Notes: generated from the sequence alone by a model not told the origin. A DNA stretch of 64,000 nt from Candidatus Dadabacteria bacterium (GCA_963805855.1 CAWDVW010000007.1:384001-448000), one strand, 5' to 3'. Shown: positions 50,060 through 60,187, counted from the stretch's first letter. Numbers and translations are program-made.

Positions 50060-51496
50060 ATGAGCGAGAGAGCAAAAAAAACTCAAATCGCGGTAATTGG
50101 AGGGGGTCCTGGGGGATACCCCGCTGCTTTCCTGGCTGCTGATCGTGGACTTAATGTCACTTTAATTGACAATGAAGCTAACCCGGGAGGAGTATGCCTT
50201 TACCGCGGGTGCATACCTTCCAAGGCACTGTTACATGCTGCAAGAGTGATAACTGAGGCAAAGGAGGCGTCAAACTGGGGGATCGGATTTTCGGAGCCGG
50301 TTATCGATATTGATAAACTTCGTAGTTGGAAGGATAACGTCATTAAAAAGATGACTGGCGGGCTCGGTCAGCTATCAAAGCATCGGAAGATCAACTACAT
50401 ACAGGGTCACGCTAAATTCTCGGACAAAAATACTATTGAAATACAGAATCAAAATGGAAGCGAATTATTAGGCTTTGAGTACGCAATCGTAGCTACCGGT
50501 TCACGCCCTGCAAATCTTCCCGATCTTTCAATCGATTCTCGGCGCATACTGGATTCCACAACCGGGTTGGAACTACCAGATGTTCCAAAGAATATGCTGA
50601 TAGTGGGAGGAGGTTACATAGGGCTTGAGCTTGGAACCGTGTATGCGGCTCTTGGCACGAAGGTCTCTGTTGTGGAAATGACATCGGGTTTAATGCCTGG
50701 TGTTGATCGGGATCTTGTCTTGATTCTCTCAAAGAGGTTAGAGAAGATTTTTGACTCCATCATGCTGGACACCAAAGTAGTCGATATGAGTGAAGAGAAA
50801 TCTGGACTGAGGGTTAAATTTGAGGGCTCCAAGGTTAAAAGCAGCGAACAGATATTCGATAAGGTTCTGGTCTCGGTCGGGAGAAGGCCCAATTCCGAGA
50901 ACCTGGGTCTGGAAAATACCCGCGTCAAAACCGATTCCAAAGGCTTCATCCAGGTTGACCAGCAGCGGAAGACTTCGGAACCCACGATATTTGCGATAGG
51001 GGATGTTGCGGGCGAGCCGATGCTGGCACACAAGGCAACGCATGAGGGTAGGGTAGCAGCAGAGGTGATCGCGGGAAACAACGTCGCTTTTGAACCCAAT
51101 GCAATACCGGCGGTAGTATTTACAGACCCCGAGATAGCATGGTGCGGTTTGACCGAGACAAATGCAAAAATGGCAAATCGTCCGGTAAAAATTGCTCGGT
51201 TCCCTTGGGGAGCTTCCGGCAGGGCAACGACCCTGGATCGAAACGACGGAGTGACCAAGCTGATAGTAGACCCGGATACCGAACAGATCCTGGGGGTAGG
51301 TATTGTTGGAACAGGGGCCGGGGAATTGATCGCAGAGGGGGTATTAGCCATCGAAATGGGAGCAAACGTGTCGGATCTCAAGTTGACAATACACCCTCAT
51401 CCGACCCTTTCAGAGACAATTATGGAAGCAGCTGAGGTATTTTTCGGGGAAAGCACCCATGTATATCGGCCGAAAAAATCAGCCGTTAGAAAGTAA
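50060..51496 (+). CDS. lpdA: dihydrolipoyl dehydrogenase (copy 2, PDH operon)
   Basis: GGVCLYRGCIPSK, MLAHKA and HPHPTLSE motifs. Confidence 0.95.
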   Translation: MSERAKKTQIAVIGGGPGGYPAAFLAADRGLNVTLIDNEANPGGVCLYRGCIPSKALLHAARVITEAKEASNWGIGFSEPVIDIDKLRSWKDNVIKKMTGGLGQLSKHRKINYIQGHAKFSDKNTIEIQNQNGSELLGFEYAIVATGSRPANLPDLSIDSRRILDSTTGLELPDVPKNMLIVGGGYIGLELGTVYAALGTKVSVVEMTSGLMPGVDRDLVLILSKRLEKIFDSIMLDTKVVDMSEEKSGLRVKFEGSKVKSSEQIFDKVLVSVGRRPNSENLGLENTRVKTDSKGFIQVDQQRKTSEPTIFAIGDVAGEPMLAHKATHEGRVAAEVIAGNNVAFEPNAIPAVVFTDPEIAWCGLTETNAKMANRPVKIARFPWGASGRATTLDRNDGVTKLIVDPDTEQILGVGIVGTGAGELIAEGVLAIEMGANVSDLKLTIHPHPTLSETIMEAAEVFFGESTHVYRPKKSAVRK

Positions 51497-51542
51497 CAAC
51501 ATGATTCAACTTCGTTACGCTACGCCGTAGACCTCCTTTGAT

Positions 51543-52448
51543 TTATGAGTAAGAATTAATAAAACTCACAACCTCATTTACCATCACCTCAGGGTTCTCC
51601 ATACAGTCGTGTCTTGCATTCGGAACAACTCTCAATCTTATGTTTTTATTCCCCGCCTTTTTCGCTATTTTTACGAGCTCGTCAACCTCCCACTGATCCA
51701 CGATGAAATCATTTTCACCCCTCAAGAAAAGGATTGGTATTTTGATTTTAGGAATATGTTTATGTGCCATAGCACCGCACGCGTGCGGCCCCATCATAAA
51801 CCACCATGTCTTATAGGTGAAAATTTCGTTATTTTTGGGCTCGGGCGTCGGGCCTCTAGCTCTATAAACAACAAATATCTCGTCCCGCTTACTCTTGTGG
51901 GGATCGTCTCCCAGGACACATTTTGCGCTTTCGAATATTTCCTCATATGTCGGTGATCCTCCCCACTTTTCCAAACGGGCCCTCTGTGCTTCAGACGTTG
52001 AATAATGAATTCCTTCCAATACGATTCCCCTCACGTTGTGAGGCCTTCTATTTGCTGTCCAATAAGCAAGCATACTTGCTCCCAGACTATAACCAAGGAT
52101 ATAGATATTATTAAATCCAGTGTCATTGAGAAACTTAAGCGCGGCATCGATATCCATCAGAGTGTCATCGAAGATCCCCTTTCCAGTAAACTGTCCGGCG
52201 AAAGCAAGCCTGGTGTTTAAAGACATAGAACCAAATCCTCGCTCGAGCAGGGCATGGGGCAGGAGGCGAGGAGTTCCCCTTGCCAGAAAGTGACCCAACA
52301 AGCCATGAATTTGGAGTAAAATCGGACTGTCAAGGATTTCCTCTATTTTAACGTAATCCTTGGTGACCAATAGGCTGCTGAGAAAATTCCCATCCGAGGC
52401 TCGAAGCCTTATCAATCTCTGTTTTTCGCGGACTCTTGACTCAGTCAT
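51543..52448 (-). CDS. alpha/beta hydrolase with intact Ser-Asp-His triad
   Basis: HGLLG, GYSLGA, GENDFIV and NARH motifs. Confidence 0.8.
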   Translation of the reverse strand: MTESRVREKQRLIRLRASDGNFLSSLLVTKDYVKIEEILDSPILLQIHGLLGHFLARGTPRLLPHALLERGFGSMSLNTRLAFAGQFTGKGIFDDTLMDIDAALKFLNDTGFNNIYILGYSLGASMLAYWTANRRPHNVRGIVLEGIHYSTSEAQRARLEKWGGSPTYEEIFESAKCVLGDDPHKSKRDEIFVVYRARGPTPEPKNNEIFTYKTWWFMMGPHACGAMAHKHIPKIKIPILFLRGENDFIVDQWEVDELVKIAKKAGNKNIRLRVVPNARHDCMENPEVMVNEVVSFINSYS

Positions 52449-52487
52449 ATTCCTGCTTTACCAGGAGCTTAGTTGATGCCTTGATAT

Positions 52488-53402
52488 TTAGAACCTTTCG
52501 CCTAACCATTCAATAATTGCTTGCGCCAGTTCCTCATGCTTTCCGTCAAATGAATGGTTAGCATCGATATTCACATGTGTCACATCTTTATTGCCGCTAC
52601 GCTTCGCTATTTCGCAAAGGTCCTCAGATTCTCGACCCTCGATTATTTCGTCCTTCGACGCATGAATTAAAAGTATAGGTGTATGTTTAACATTTCCAAC
52701 CTGTTTATAAGCCTTAGCGCCTTCAGCCTCCGGGCCGGCAAGAGCCCACCACGTTTTCAACGTGTAAATCTCGGTATGTTCGGGGAGGCTTGTAGGTCCA
52801 TGAGCCTTTTTTACTATTATGGTCTCGTCATGGACGCGCTCTTTTTTGTCATCGGGATAGAAGGTTCTTCGTACCCTTTCATAAACCTCGTCGTAACTTG
52901 GTTGGCTCCCAAAACGTTCCCATCTCCTGCGAGTAGTATCAGGCATTGAAAATGGGGTCGCAATCGCTATTGCCCCGCTTAAATCGGGATATCTTTCGAT
53001 GTCGTTTCTAAGCGCGCAGTATCTCAATGCAATACATCCTCCAAGTCCGTGACCTGCAATGATAATTTTCTTGTAACCAACCTTTCTAAGATATTCGCAG
53101 ACAGCATCAATTTGGGGAATAGCGTCATCGAATATTCCAAAACCAAAAAAAAGTCCTAGATTTGCAAGAAGTGTGTTCATCGTAACAGAGGAGAAATCGT
53201 TATCAGCAAGTCTGCTTGGGAGGTAGTGTTCTGTCTCATCCAGGAGGTTTCCAAGGATCCCGTGAAGACGAACAATCACAGGTTTATGCTCCCGGTGATT
53301 TGAATGAGTATCTATATGGTAATGAACGGCGTCAATCTTATGAGAATTAAATGGTATCGATATAATCGTGCCTGAGTATTCTTCCATGTCGTTAAAATTC
53401 AC
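52488..53402 (-). CDS. alpha/beta hydrolase paralog lacking the nucleophile Ser
   Basis: HGILG, GHGLGG, SKDEII and ANH; shares GIFDD, GSxPxYxExxE and YTxKTWW-like blocks with its neighbour. Confidence 0.78.
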   Translation of the reverse strand: MNFNDMEEYSGTIISIPFNSHKIDAVHYHIDTHSNHREHKPVIVRLHGILGNLLDETEHYLPSRLADNDFSSVTMNTLLANLGLFFGFGIFDDAIPQIDAVCEYLRKVGYKKIIIAGHGLGGCIALRYCALRNDIERYPDLSGAIAIATPFSMPDTTRRRWERFGSQPSYDEVYERVRRTFYPDDKKERVHDETIIVKKAHGPTSLPEHTEIYTLKTWWALAGPEAEGAKAYKQVGNVKHTPILLIHASKDEIIEGRESEDLCEIAKRSGNKDVTHVNIDANHSFDGKHEELAQAIIEWLGERF

Positions 53403-53423
53403 TTACTTTTATCCTCGAAGTGC

Positions 53424-54137
53424 TTATGCTTTTCCATAAACGGGAATACCGGCACCGCTTATAGGCTTTGAATCATCCGAAGAGAGAAAGACTATAACCC
53501 TCGCAATCTCTTCGGGTTTTACCCATTTTGAAAAATCAGCCTCAGGCATATCCCTTCTGTTTGCAGGGGTATCGATGGTGCTTGGAAGCACAGCATTCAC
53601 ATTTATCTCATAATCCTTTGTCTCGTCTGCGATTGTTTCCGTCAGGTTCAAAACCCCGGCCTTTGAAGCGGAGTAGGCACCCACTCCGGCCGAGCCTTTC
53701 AGGGCCGGCCGTGAGGATATATTGATTATTTTCCCATAATTTTGCTCAATCATCCGCGGGAGTACATATTTCGAGCATATAAAAGCAGATTTTAAATTTA
53801 AACTCATCATAAGATCCCAGGTTTTCTCATCCGTGTCCTTTATATAGGAGAAAGCAAAGCCGCCCACAACATTAACAAGGATATCGACCCTTTTAAATTT
53901 CCTAGTAGTATTTGTAATCATGTTGAATACATCCTTCTTCTTTGTAACATCAGCTTTAATAAAAACAATTTTGTCTTTATGCTCACTAGTCAATGAGAGA
54001 CATTCTTTTTTCTCTTTATCAACAATATAAGTACAAACTACCTTCGCACCCTCTTCAAGAAACGCTATGGTGATCGCCTTTCCCAGCGCACCTGTGCCGC
54101 CGGTTACGATTGCTATTTTATTTTTAAGAGTATTCAT
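53424..54137 (-). CDS. short-chain dehydrogenase/reductase
   Basis: TGGTGALG, YSASKAG and LPSTIDTPANR motifs; AAGGAG RBS before ATG 54137. Confidence 0.9.
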   Translation of the reverse strand: MNTLKNKIAIVTGGTGALGKAITIAFLEEGAKVVCTYIVDKEKKECLSLTSEHKDKIVFIKADVTKKKDVFNMITNTTRKFKRVDILVNVVGGFAFSYIKDTDEKTWDLMMSLNLKSAFICSKYVLPRMIEQNYGKIINISSRPALKGSAGVGAYSASKAGVLNLTETIADETKDYEINVNAVLPSTIDTPANRRDMPEADFSKWVKPEEIARVIVFLSSDDSKPISGAGIPVYGKA

Positions 54138-54299
54138 TGGTCTCTCCTTAAGCTGTTCGGGTTTTCCCGGCAAATTCAATGATTTCAAAATTAATTTAAT
54201 TCAAGGGATTTATTTTAATCAAATAATGCGATGTCGCAATGATTCAGATGACCAGGGGGAACACATGAACTATGGTTTAATATAGCTTCAATATTCTGC

Positions 54300-54329
54300 T
54301 TGACATCCCAACTCACATGGTCTTAAAAT
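54300..54329 (+). promoter_or_regulatory. sigma70-like promoter
   Basis: TTGACA-N18-TAAAAT upstream of the 54364 ORF. Confidence 0.5.
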
Positions 54330-54363
54330 AGAAAAGCTGAAAAATTCTATCGGAAGGAATAGG

Positions 54364-54699
54364 ATGGATATTCTCATTTCAATGAAGGCAGAAACGATTC
54401 AGAAAGGACTATATATGAATTGCAACATAATGCAGATGCCAACCGCTCAAGCAAAACCCTACTTTATTATGGAGCTCCGAGAAGATAATGAGGTTAAGCT
54501 TAAACTTATCAAACAATATGCTCAAATTCTTCAAGAAAAATTTGATGAAGATGAGGAGTTTTTGATCGAGCACACAAATATCGGGATCATACTTAAGAAA
54601 AGGGTTGATGAAGGCGTGGAATACATGGAAGCGTGGGATAATTGGGTTCTGTTTTCGAGGAAAGTTTATGAAGAACTGGCGGAAATAGTGGGAGAATAA
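54364..54699 (+). CDS. hypothetical protein (start uncertain; 54364, 54382 or 54415)
   Basis: Acidic ~100 aa ORF with promoter and RBS-like signals; no recognised motif. Confidence 0.55.
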   Translation: MDILISMKAETIQKGLYMNCNIMQMPTAQAKPYFIMELREDNEVKLKLIKQYAQILQEKFDEDEEFLIEHTNIGIILKKRVDEGVEYMEAWDNWVLFSRKVYEELAEIVGE

Positions 54700-54854
54700 T
54701 TAACTAAAGTTATCCATTTTATTTCACAAGTATAACGTATATCTCAACTTGCATTTCCATCTATCTTGGCTAATATTCTTTTCACTTTATAAAGAATCCG
54801 CTAACCAACCATTGATATTTTGGCCAATCAGAAAAGCCGGAGAAAAATCACCAT

Positions 54855-57656
54855 ATGGCTGATGAGAAAACTATAGATTATAAGAGTACACTGAACCTTC
54901 CAAGAACTGATTTTAAGATGAAGGCCAACCTTAATCAGATGGAGCCCGAAATTCTAAAAGCCTGGGACAAGCACGAACTATATAAACAGATCAGACACAC
55001 GTCGAAGGGGAATCCCAGATTTATTCTCCATGACGGACCGCCGTATGCGAACGGACACATACACCTTGGTCACTGTTTGAATAAGATACTAAAGGATATT
55101 ATCGTAAAATCGAAGACAATGAGTGGGATGGATTGTTATTTTGTTCCAGGCTGGGATTGCCACGGTCTTCCGATTGAATATCAAGTCACGAAAGATTTAG
55201 GATCTAAGAAGGAAGCCAAAACGATATATGAGATCAGAAATATGTGCAGGGAATATGCCGATAAATTTGTAAACATTCAGCGTGATGAGTTCAAGCGAAT
55301 AGGGATTTTTGGAGATTGGGAGAATCCCTATCTCACTATGGACTTTGACTACGAGGCCACAATAGCCAGTGAGCTCGGAAACTTTATCAAAGCAGGAAAC
55401 GTGTATCGAGGGAAAAAACCGGTGTACTGGTGTTATCATTGTGAGACAGCACTGGCAGAGGCTGAGGTTGAATATGACGATAAGATGTCCCCGTCCATCT
55501 ATGTTAAATTTCCTTTTGATCCTGAGACATTGATTTCAAGATTTCCTTCCCTCAAAGGTAAGAAGGTTTATGCTTTGATTTGGACAACAACCCCCTGGAC
55601 ACTTCCGGCAAATCTGGCTCTTGCTTTTAATCCCGAGTACACATACGTTGCAGTTGATTATAAAGAAGAAGTCCTGATATTGGCAGAAGCACTTGCCGAA
55701 AAAGTCTTGGGAAATGAGATTCAAATAATCGAGAGGTTTAAGGGAAACGAAATGGAGGGGATAGAGGTCAAGCATCCTTTTTATAACAGAAACTCCATGG
55801 TGACGCTCGGAACCTTTGTCACCCTTGATGCTGGCACCGGAATCGTTCATATCGCCCCGGGACATGGACAGGATGACTATGAAATTGGCATGAAGCACAA
55901 TCTTGAGATTTATGCTCCGGTAGATAAAAAGGGTGTATTTACGAATGAAGTCGAATACTTTGCCGGCATGTTCGTCTATGACGCGAACAAAAGTATTATC
56001 GACAAATTAAGAGAGGTTGGAAATCTTCTCGATGAGGGTCATTTGACTCACTCATATCCCCACTGCTGGAGATGTAAGAACCCGATTATTTTCAGGGCTA
56101 CGCCGCAGTGGTTTATATCGATGGAGGAAAACAGTCTGAGGTCGAAGGCGCTAAGGGAAATTGATAAAGTGAAATGGATTCCCCCGTGGGGTAAGGAAAG
56201 GATATACAACATGGTTCAGAATCGCCCGGATTGGTGTGTCTCGAGGCAGAGGGCCTGGGGTGTGCCGATAGCAATCTTCTATTGTTCAGGATGCGACCAC
56301 GCATTACTGGATCCGGAAATTGTTTATCATGTCTCCGAAATTTTTAAAGAGCATGGTTCGGATGTGTGGTTTAAATTAGATGTGAATGAACTTATTCCTG
56401 CCGGAACCAAATGCCCCGAATGCGGCAGTGACAATTTTGTAAAGGAAACCGATATCCTGGATGTCTGGTTTGATTCAGGCGTTAGCTTTTCGTCTGTGCT
56501 TGAAAGAAACCCGGAGCTATATATGCCGGCCGATATGTACCTCGAGGGAAGCGATCAACACCGAGGATGGTTTCACTCAAGTCTGCTTGTGTCGGTGGGA
56601 ACCAGGGATAAGGCACCTTATAAATCAGTCCTCACGCACGGCTTCGTCGTAGACAAGGAAGGCGAAAAGATGTCAAAGTCAAAGGGCAATGTGATTTCTC
56701 CCTCTGACATTCTCGGTAAGTACGGAGCCGAAATACTGAGGTTATGGGTAGCAGCGGAGGATTACAGGGGAGATATTAGAATCTCTACTGAGATACTAGA
56801 TAGACTTATTGAATCGTACAGAAAGATAAGAAATACCTTCCGATACCTCCTCGGAAATCTATTTGATTTTGATCCTTCGAAAGAGCTAGTGGAATATGAC
56901 AACCTTTATGAAATTGACAAATGGATACTCCATAAGCTGGGAACATCAAGCGATACGATTTTGACAGCGTTTGATCGCTATGAATTCCATGTCGTATACC
57001 ATGAGTTGCAAAGGTTTTGCATTGTTGATTTGAGTTCTGTATACATGGATGTTCAAAAGGATCTTCTATACACTTATCATGCAAATTCGCGAAGGAGAAA
57101 ATCTTCTCAAACCGCAATGTATATAATCTTGAGCTGGCTCACAAAACTTTCTGCTCCCATCCTCACATTTACGGCGGATGAGGTTTGGAGATTTATTCCC
57201 GGGATCTTCGAGGAAAGTGTCCATCTCACAACATTCCCGGAAGTTGACTTTATTAATAATGACCTTGAAGAAAAGTGGAATAAGTTGATAGCCTTCAGAG
57301 ACGAGATCTTAAAAGCGCTGGAGATGGCAAGAGGCGATAAACTCATAAGGAGCTCCCTTGAAGCCGGCATTGAGATATACGGCGATCCCGACACTGTCTC
57401 GTTTATATCCGAAAACCTTGAACTAATAAGGGTACTTTCAATTGTATCGCATATAGAAATCCTAGATGAGCCGCCTCAAGGGGTTAATTTCATACATAAA
57501 AGCACTGAATTTGAGAGACTGATCGTAAAGGTCGTGAAAGCACCGGGAGAGAAATGCGAAAGGTGCTGGACCTATAGAATTTCTGTCGGGGACAACCCGG
57601 ATCATCCAACAATTTGTCATGTATGCTTAGATAATCTTGGGGGAAGGGATATTTAA
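54855..57656 (+). CDS. ileS: isoleucyl-tRNA synthetase (type 1)
   Basis: DGPPYANGHIHLGH, GWDCHGLPIE, WTTTPWTLP, KMSKS and a C-terminal CERCW..CHVC zinc finger. Confidence 0.98.
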   Translation: MADEKTIDYKSTLNLPRTDFKMKANLNQMEPEILKAWDKHELYKQIRHTSKGNPRFILHDGPPYANGHIHLGHCLNKILKDIIVKSKTMSGMDCYFVPGWDCHGLPIEYQVTKDLGSKKEAKTIYEIRNMCREYADKFVNIQRDEFKRIGIFGDWENPYLTMDFDYEATIASELGNFIKAGNVYRGKKPVYWCYHCETALAEAEVEYDDKMSPSIYVKFPFDPETLISRFPSLKGKKVYALIWTTTPWTLPANLALAFNPEYTYVAVDYKEEVLILAEALAEKVLGNEIQIIERFKGNEMEGIEVKHPFYNRNSMVTLGTFVTLDAGTGIVHIAPGHGQDDYEIGMKHNLEIYAPVDKKGVFTNEVEYFAGMFVYDANKSIIDKLREVGNLLDEGHLTHSYPHCWRCKNPIIFRATPQWFISMEENSLRSKALREIDKVKWIPPWGKERIYNMVQNRPDWCVSRQRAWGVPIAIFYCSGCDHALLDPEIVYHVSEIFKEHGSDVWFKLDVNELIPAGTKCPECGSDNFVKETDILDVWFDSGVSFSSVLERNPELYMPADMYLEGSDQHRGWFHSSLLVSVGTRDKAPYKSVLTHGFVVDKEGEKMSKSKGNVISPSDILGKYGAEILRLWVAAEDYRGDIRISTEILDRLIESYRKIRNTFRYLLGNLFDFDPSKELVEYDNLYEIDKWILHKLGTSSDTILTAFDRYEFHVVYHELQRFCIVDLSSVYMDVQKDLLYTYHANSRRRKSSQTAMYIILSWLTKLSAPILTFTADEVWRFIPGIFEESVHLTTFPEVDFINNDLEEKWNKLIAFRDEILKALEMARGDKLIRSSLEAGIEIYGDPDTVSFISENLELIRVLSIVSHIEILDEPPQGVNFIHKSTEFERLIVKVVKAPGEKCERCWTYRISVGDNPDHPTICHVCLDNLGGRDI

Positions 57657-57745
57657 TATAACCCAGCATTCTCTGAGTCAATCAATCACACGTGGTTTGG
57701 ATAAAAATAAACAGAATGTCCTGTTAGGCTTGACGTAATAATCAA

Positions 57746-58816
57746 CTATTCCAAACCTGGCCAGCTCATGATAGGGTCAGTCGAGCTCACAACATGCATC
57801 CCGGCGCTCTCAAATCTTTCAAACGCCATATCAGCCTCCTCCGTATAGTCTATAATTCCCGGAATCACAACAGGCGATGTGCAATCTTCCAATAGATAGA
57901 TCTTTTCTACCAGGCTTTTATCGACTTTCATTACTCCATCCAGCAAATCAGATATTGTCCATGCAACACAATGACTCTTTGCCTGACCGGCTATTACAAT
58001 TGCGTCAAAGGCCCTAAATTCGTGAAGTATTTCCTCTGACTGGGTACTTTTCTGAAATAGGGACTGTGTTCTTAATCCAATGGGTTCACCTTCGGGACCT
58101 GATTTCACTTCCGGGGCTAAAACCGAGTAATGCTCAGTAAAAGGATTATCCCCCTTAACATGAATATGAGGCTGGCTGTACCTTGCGACTGTATGGAAAA
58201 AGATTGCCTCCTCAACAGATGAGACTAAGGCGTGACCGATACCGCCCAACATCGCATGATAGGGCCAGACTGTGAGTTCATATTTCCCCGTTTTTTTCAG
58301 TTCCTCAGTGTAATGAAGTAAATGACTATTAACATACTGTGGACTTCGTTTTATGTTATGGCTCAGCAACTCATTGAATCGCCAGCGACCCTCCCTGATA
58401 TCGTCATGTGAGATCAAGGTAAAAGGGGAGGGGTGCTCTCCATTTTCATCTACAAGAAATATGCTATGGAAAATCTGCATTGCCTGGTGTGTGTCCATCG
58501 TCGGCATGATCTGGGTAATTAGATTCAGATTCCGGTATATGAAATCGCATAATTTTTGATTGTCATGTACCGCGCCTTTTCCAGACCTTCCACCAACAAA
58601 AAGCTCAAATTCCGGAATGCAAAAGGTATTCTGAGCGTCGACAATCACGAGGCAAAGCTTGAAGCTGTCATTACTCGAGGGCTCGATATTATGCTTGTTA
58701 GACCAGTCGCTTGCGGCTTTGGCAATTTTTTGATAATCCACCCTCCATACCCTCGATACCATGTCTGGATCGAAATGGGGAGGAAGCGGAAGCTCATTTT
58801 GGTTCGGCTTAACCAT
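57746..58816 (-). CDS. isochorismatase/nicotinamidase-like cysteine hydrolase
   Basis: IVDAQNTFC, TMDTH, WPYH, KG and AGQAKSHCV motifs. Confidence 0.82.
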   Translation of the reverse strand: MVKPNQNELPLPPHFDPDMVSRVWRVDYQKIAKAASDWSNKHNIEPSSNDSFKLCLVIVDAQNTFCIPEFELFVGGRSGKGAVHDNQKLCDFIYRNLNLITQIMPTMDTHQAMQIFHSIFLVDENGEHPSPFTLISHDDIREGRWRFNELLSHNIKRSPQYVNSHLLHYTEELKKTGKYELTVWPYHAMLGGIGHALVSSVEEAIFFHTVARYSQPHIHVKGDNPFTEHYSVLAPEVKSGPEGEPIGLRTQSLFQKSTQSEEILHEFRAFDAIVIAGQAKSHCVAWTISDLLDGVMKVDKSLVEKIYLLEDCTSPVVIPGIIDYTEEADMAFERFESAGMHVVSSTDPIMSWPGLE

Positions 58817-58986
58817 AGAATTGATATTTTACATATCGCCTGTAGAAACGTAAATATCATTTCTCGGTGGCGAGGGAGAATATTAGGTTTAATATGAGTG
58901 GTGATATCACCGTAGACGTTAGATCTTTGGGGGGCTAGAATCTATAGGTATTTATTTCAAATTAACCATAACTTTTACAATATTTA

Positions 58987-59288
58987 CTTTGTCTTGATGC
59001 AAAGTAACAACCCTTCGACTGTGCTCAGGACAAGGGCTAACAAAAAATGCTTGCGTATCGAGCGAATGCGAGATATCAATTGCTAAAATATTTAATTAGT
59101 TCTCTCAGTCACTTTGTTCCTTCGAGAGATGACAGTAATGATCGTCACTTTTTTTAACGCTTCCGGAATTGATTTTGGTAATTTTTTGAATGCCCATTTA
59201 AACCAATTCAATTGGGCGAAGGTTCAGGAAATAGTGCGTTAAAAATTAAGATGTTATCCACAAATAATGTGACATCTCCAGCAATGAC
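58987..59288 (+). repeat. second copy of the long intergenic element (cf. 37286-37491) with nested inserts
   Basis: CTTTGTCTTGATRCAAAG...CAAGGGCT...GGAATTGATTTTGG.AATTTTTTGAATGCCC...ACATCT.CAGCAATGAC, colinear in both copies. Confidence 0.82.
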
Positions 59289-59425
59289 TGCGGGGTCGGA
59301 CGTGATTGACAGCGGGGACACTATAGCAATTTAGAGGGAATTGACTAGTTAAATAAATCTTGTACAAACACCGTTTCGATAACATCACGGTTTGTAATCT
59401 CTGAAAATCCGCTTCAGGTTATCAT

Positions 59426-60187
59426 TTATTTTTGGGCGAGGAGTTTATCAATTTCTGCCTTAAACGCCTGAAACGGCTGTGCTCCGCGGATGTATACACC
59501 GGTCATTTCATTTTGGTCATCTTCGGTTTTTCCGATGAAGAAACTCGGGGTCCCCCTCACGCCGTATAATTGACCTTCCTGAAAGTCTTTATTAATCTCG
59601 GTTTCTTTTGACTTATCGTTCAGACATTTCTCAAATTTCTCGCGATTTAGATTTAACTGATCTGTCGAGCTTAGTATGCTGGCGGTATCGAGCTTATCAG
59701 GGTTTTCAAATAAAAAGTCGTGGACTCCCCAGTATTTTCCCTGTTCCTGAGCACAGTTGGCAGCAATGGCAGCGGGAAGGGCATTTTTATGAAATTCCAG
59801 TGGATAGTCTCTGAACACAAGCCTGACTTTCCCTGTGCTGATATATTCTTTATCCAAAGATGGCAAGACCTGATCATAAAACCTTTTGCAGAACGGACAT
59901 TGGAAATCACTAAACTCAATTATCGTTACGGGTGCCTTTGGATCCCCCTTTATAGGGTCGTCATCTACACTAACTTTAACATTTTGAGGACTGGGCGGGG
60001 TTGGAGGTGTGGAAGGCCGAGTCGCAGCTAACTTCTTCAACTCTACAACCGCGGTGGAAATTTCTTGATTCCGCACAGTCATGTCGGTCTTGACTGATTC
60101 CAATTCTCGGAGTATCCATGCACTAAGCACGATGCTTATTAAAACACCAACGGTGATCAATCCTAAAAATATCTTCATAAATGGCAT
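59426..60187 (-). CDS. DsbA/BdbD-family thioredoxin-fold protein
   Basis: N-terminal TM segment; EFSDFQCPFC, GVRGTPSFFI and GAQP motifs. Confidence 0.9.
   Translation of the reverse strand: MPFMKIFLGLITVGVLISIVLSAWILRELESVKTDMTVRNQEISTAVVELKKLAATRPSTPPTPPSPQNVKVSVDDDPIKGDPKAPVTIIEFSDFQCPFCKRFYDQVLPSLDKEYISTGKVRLVFRDYPLEFHKNALPAAIAANCAQEQGKYWGVHDFLFENPDKLDTASILSSTDQLNLNREKFEKCLNDKSKETEINKDFQEGQLYGVRGTPSFFIGKTEDDQNEMTGVYIRGAQPFQAFKAEIDKLLAQK

Noticed and set aside
50614-51381. Long antisense ORFs (also 23394-24020, 2209-2748, 15437-15973)
   Set aside because: They are shadow frames opposite well-conserved genes.
54700-54854. T-box leader upstream of ileS
   Set aside because: The region is short and has no GGTGGnACCGCG motif or terminator/antiterminator.
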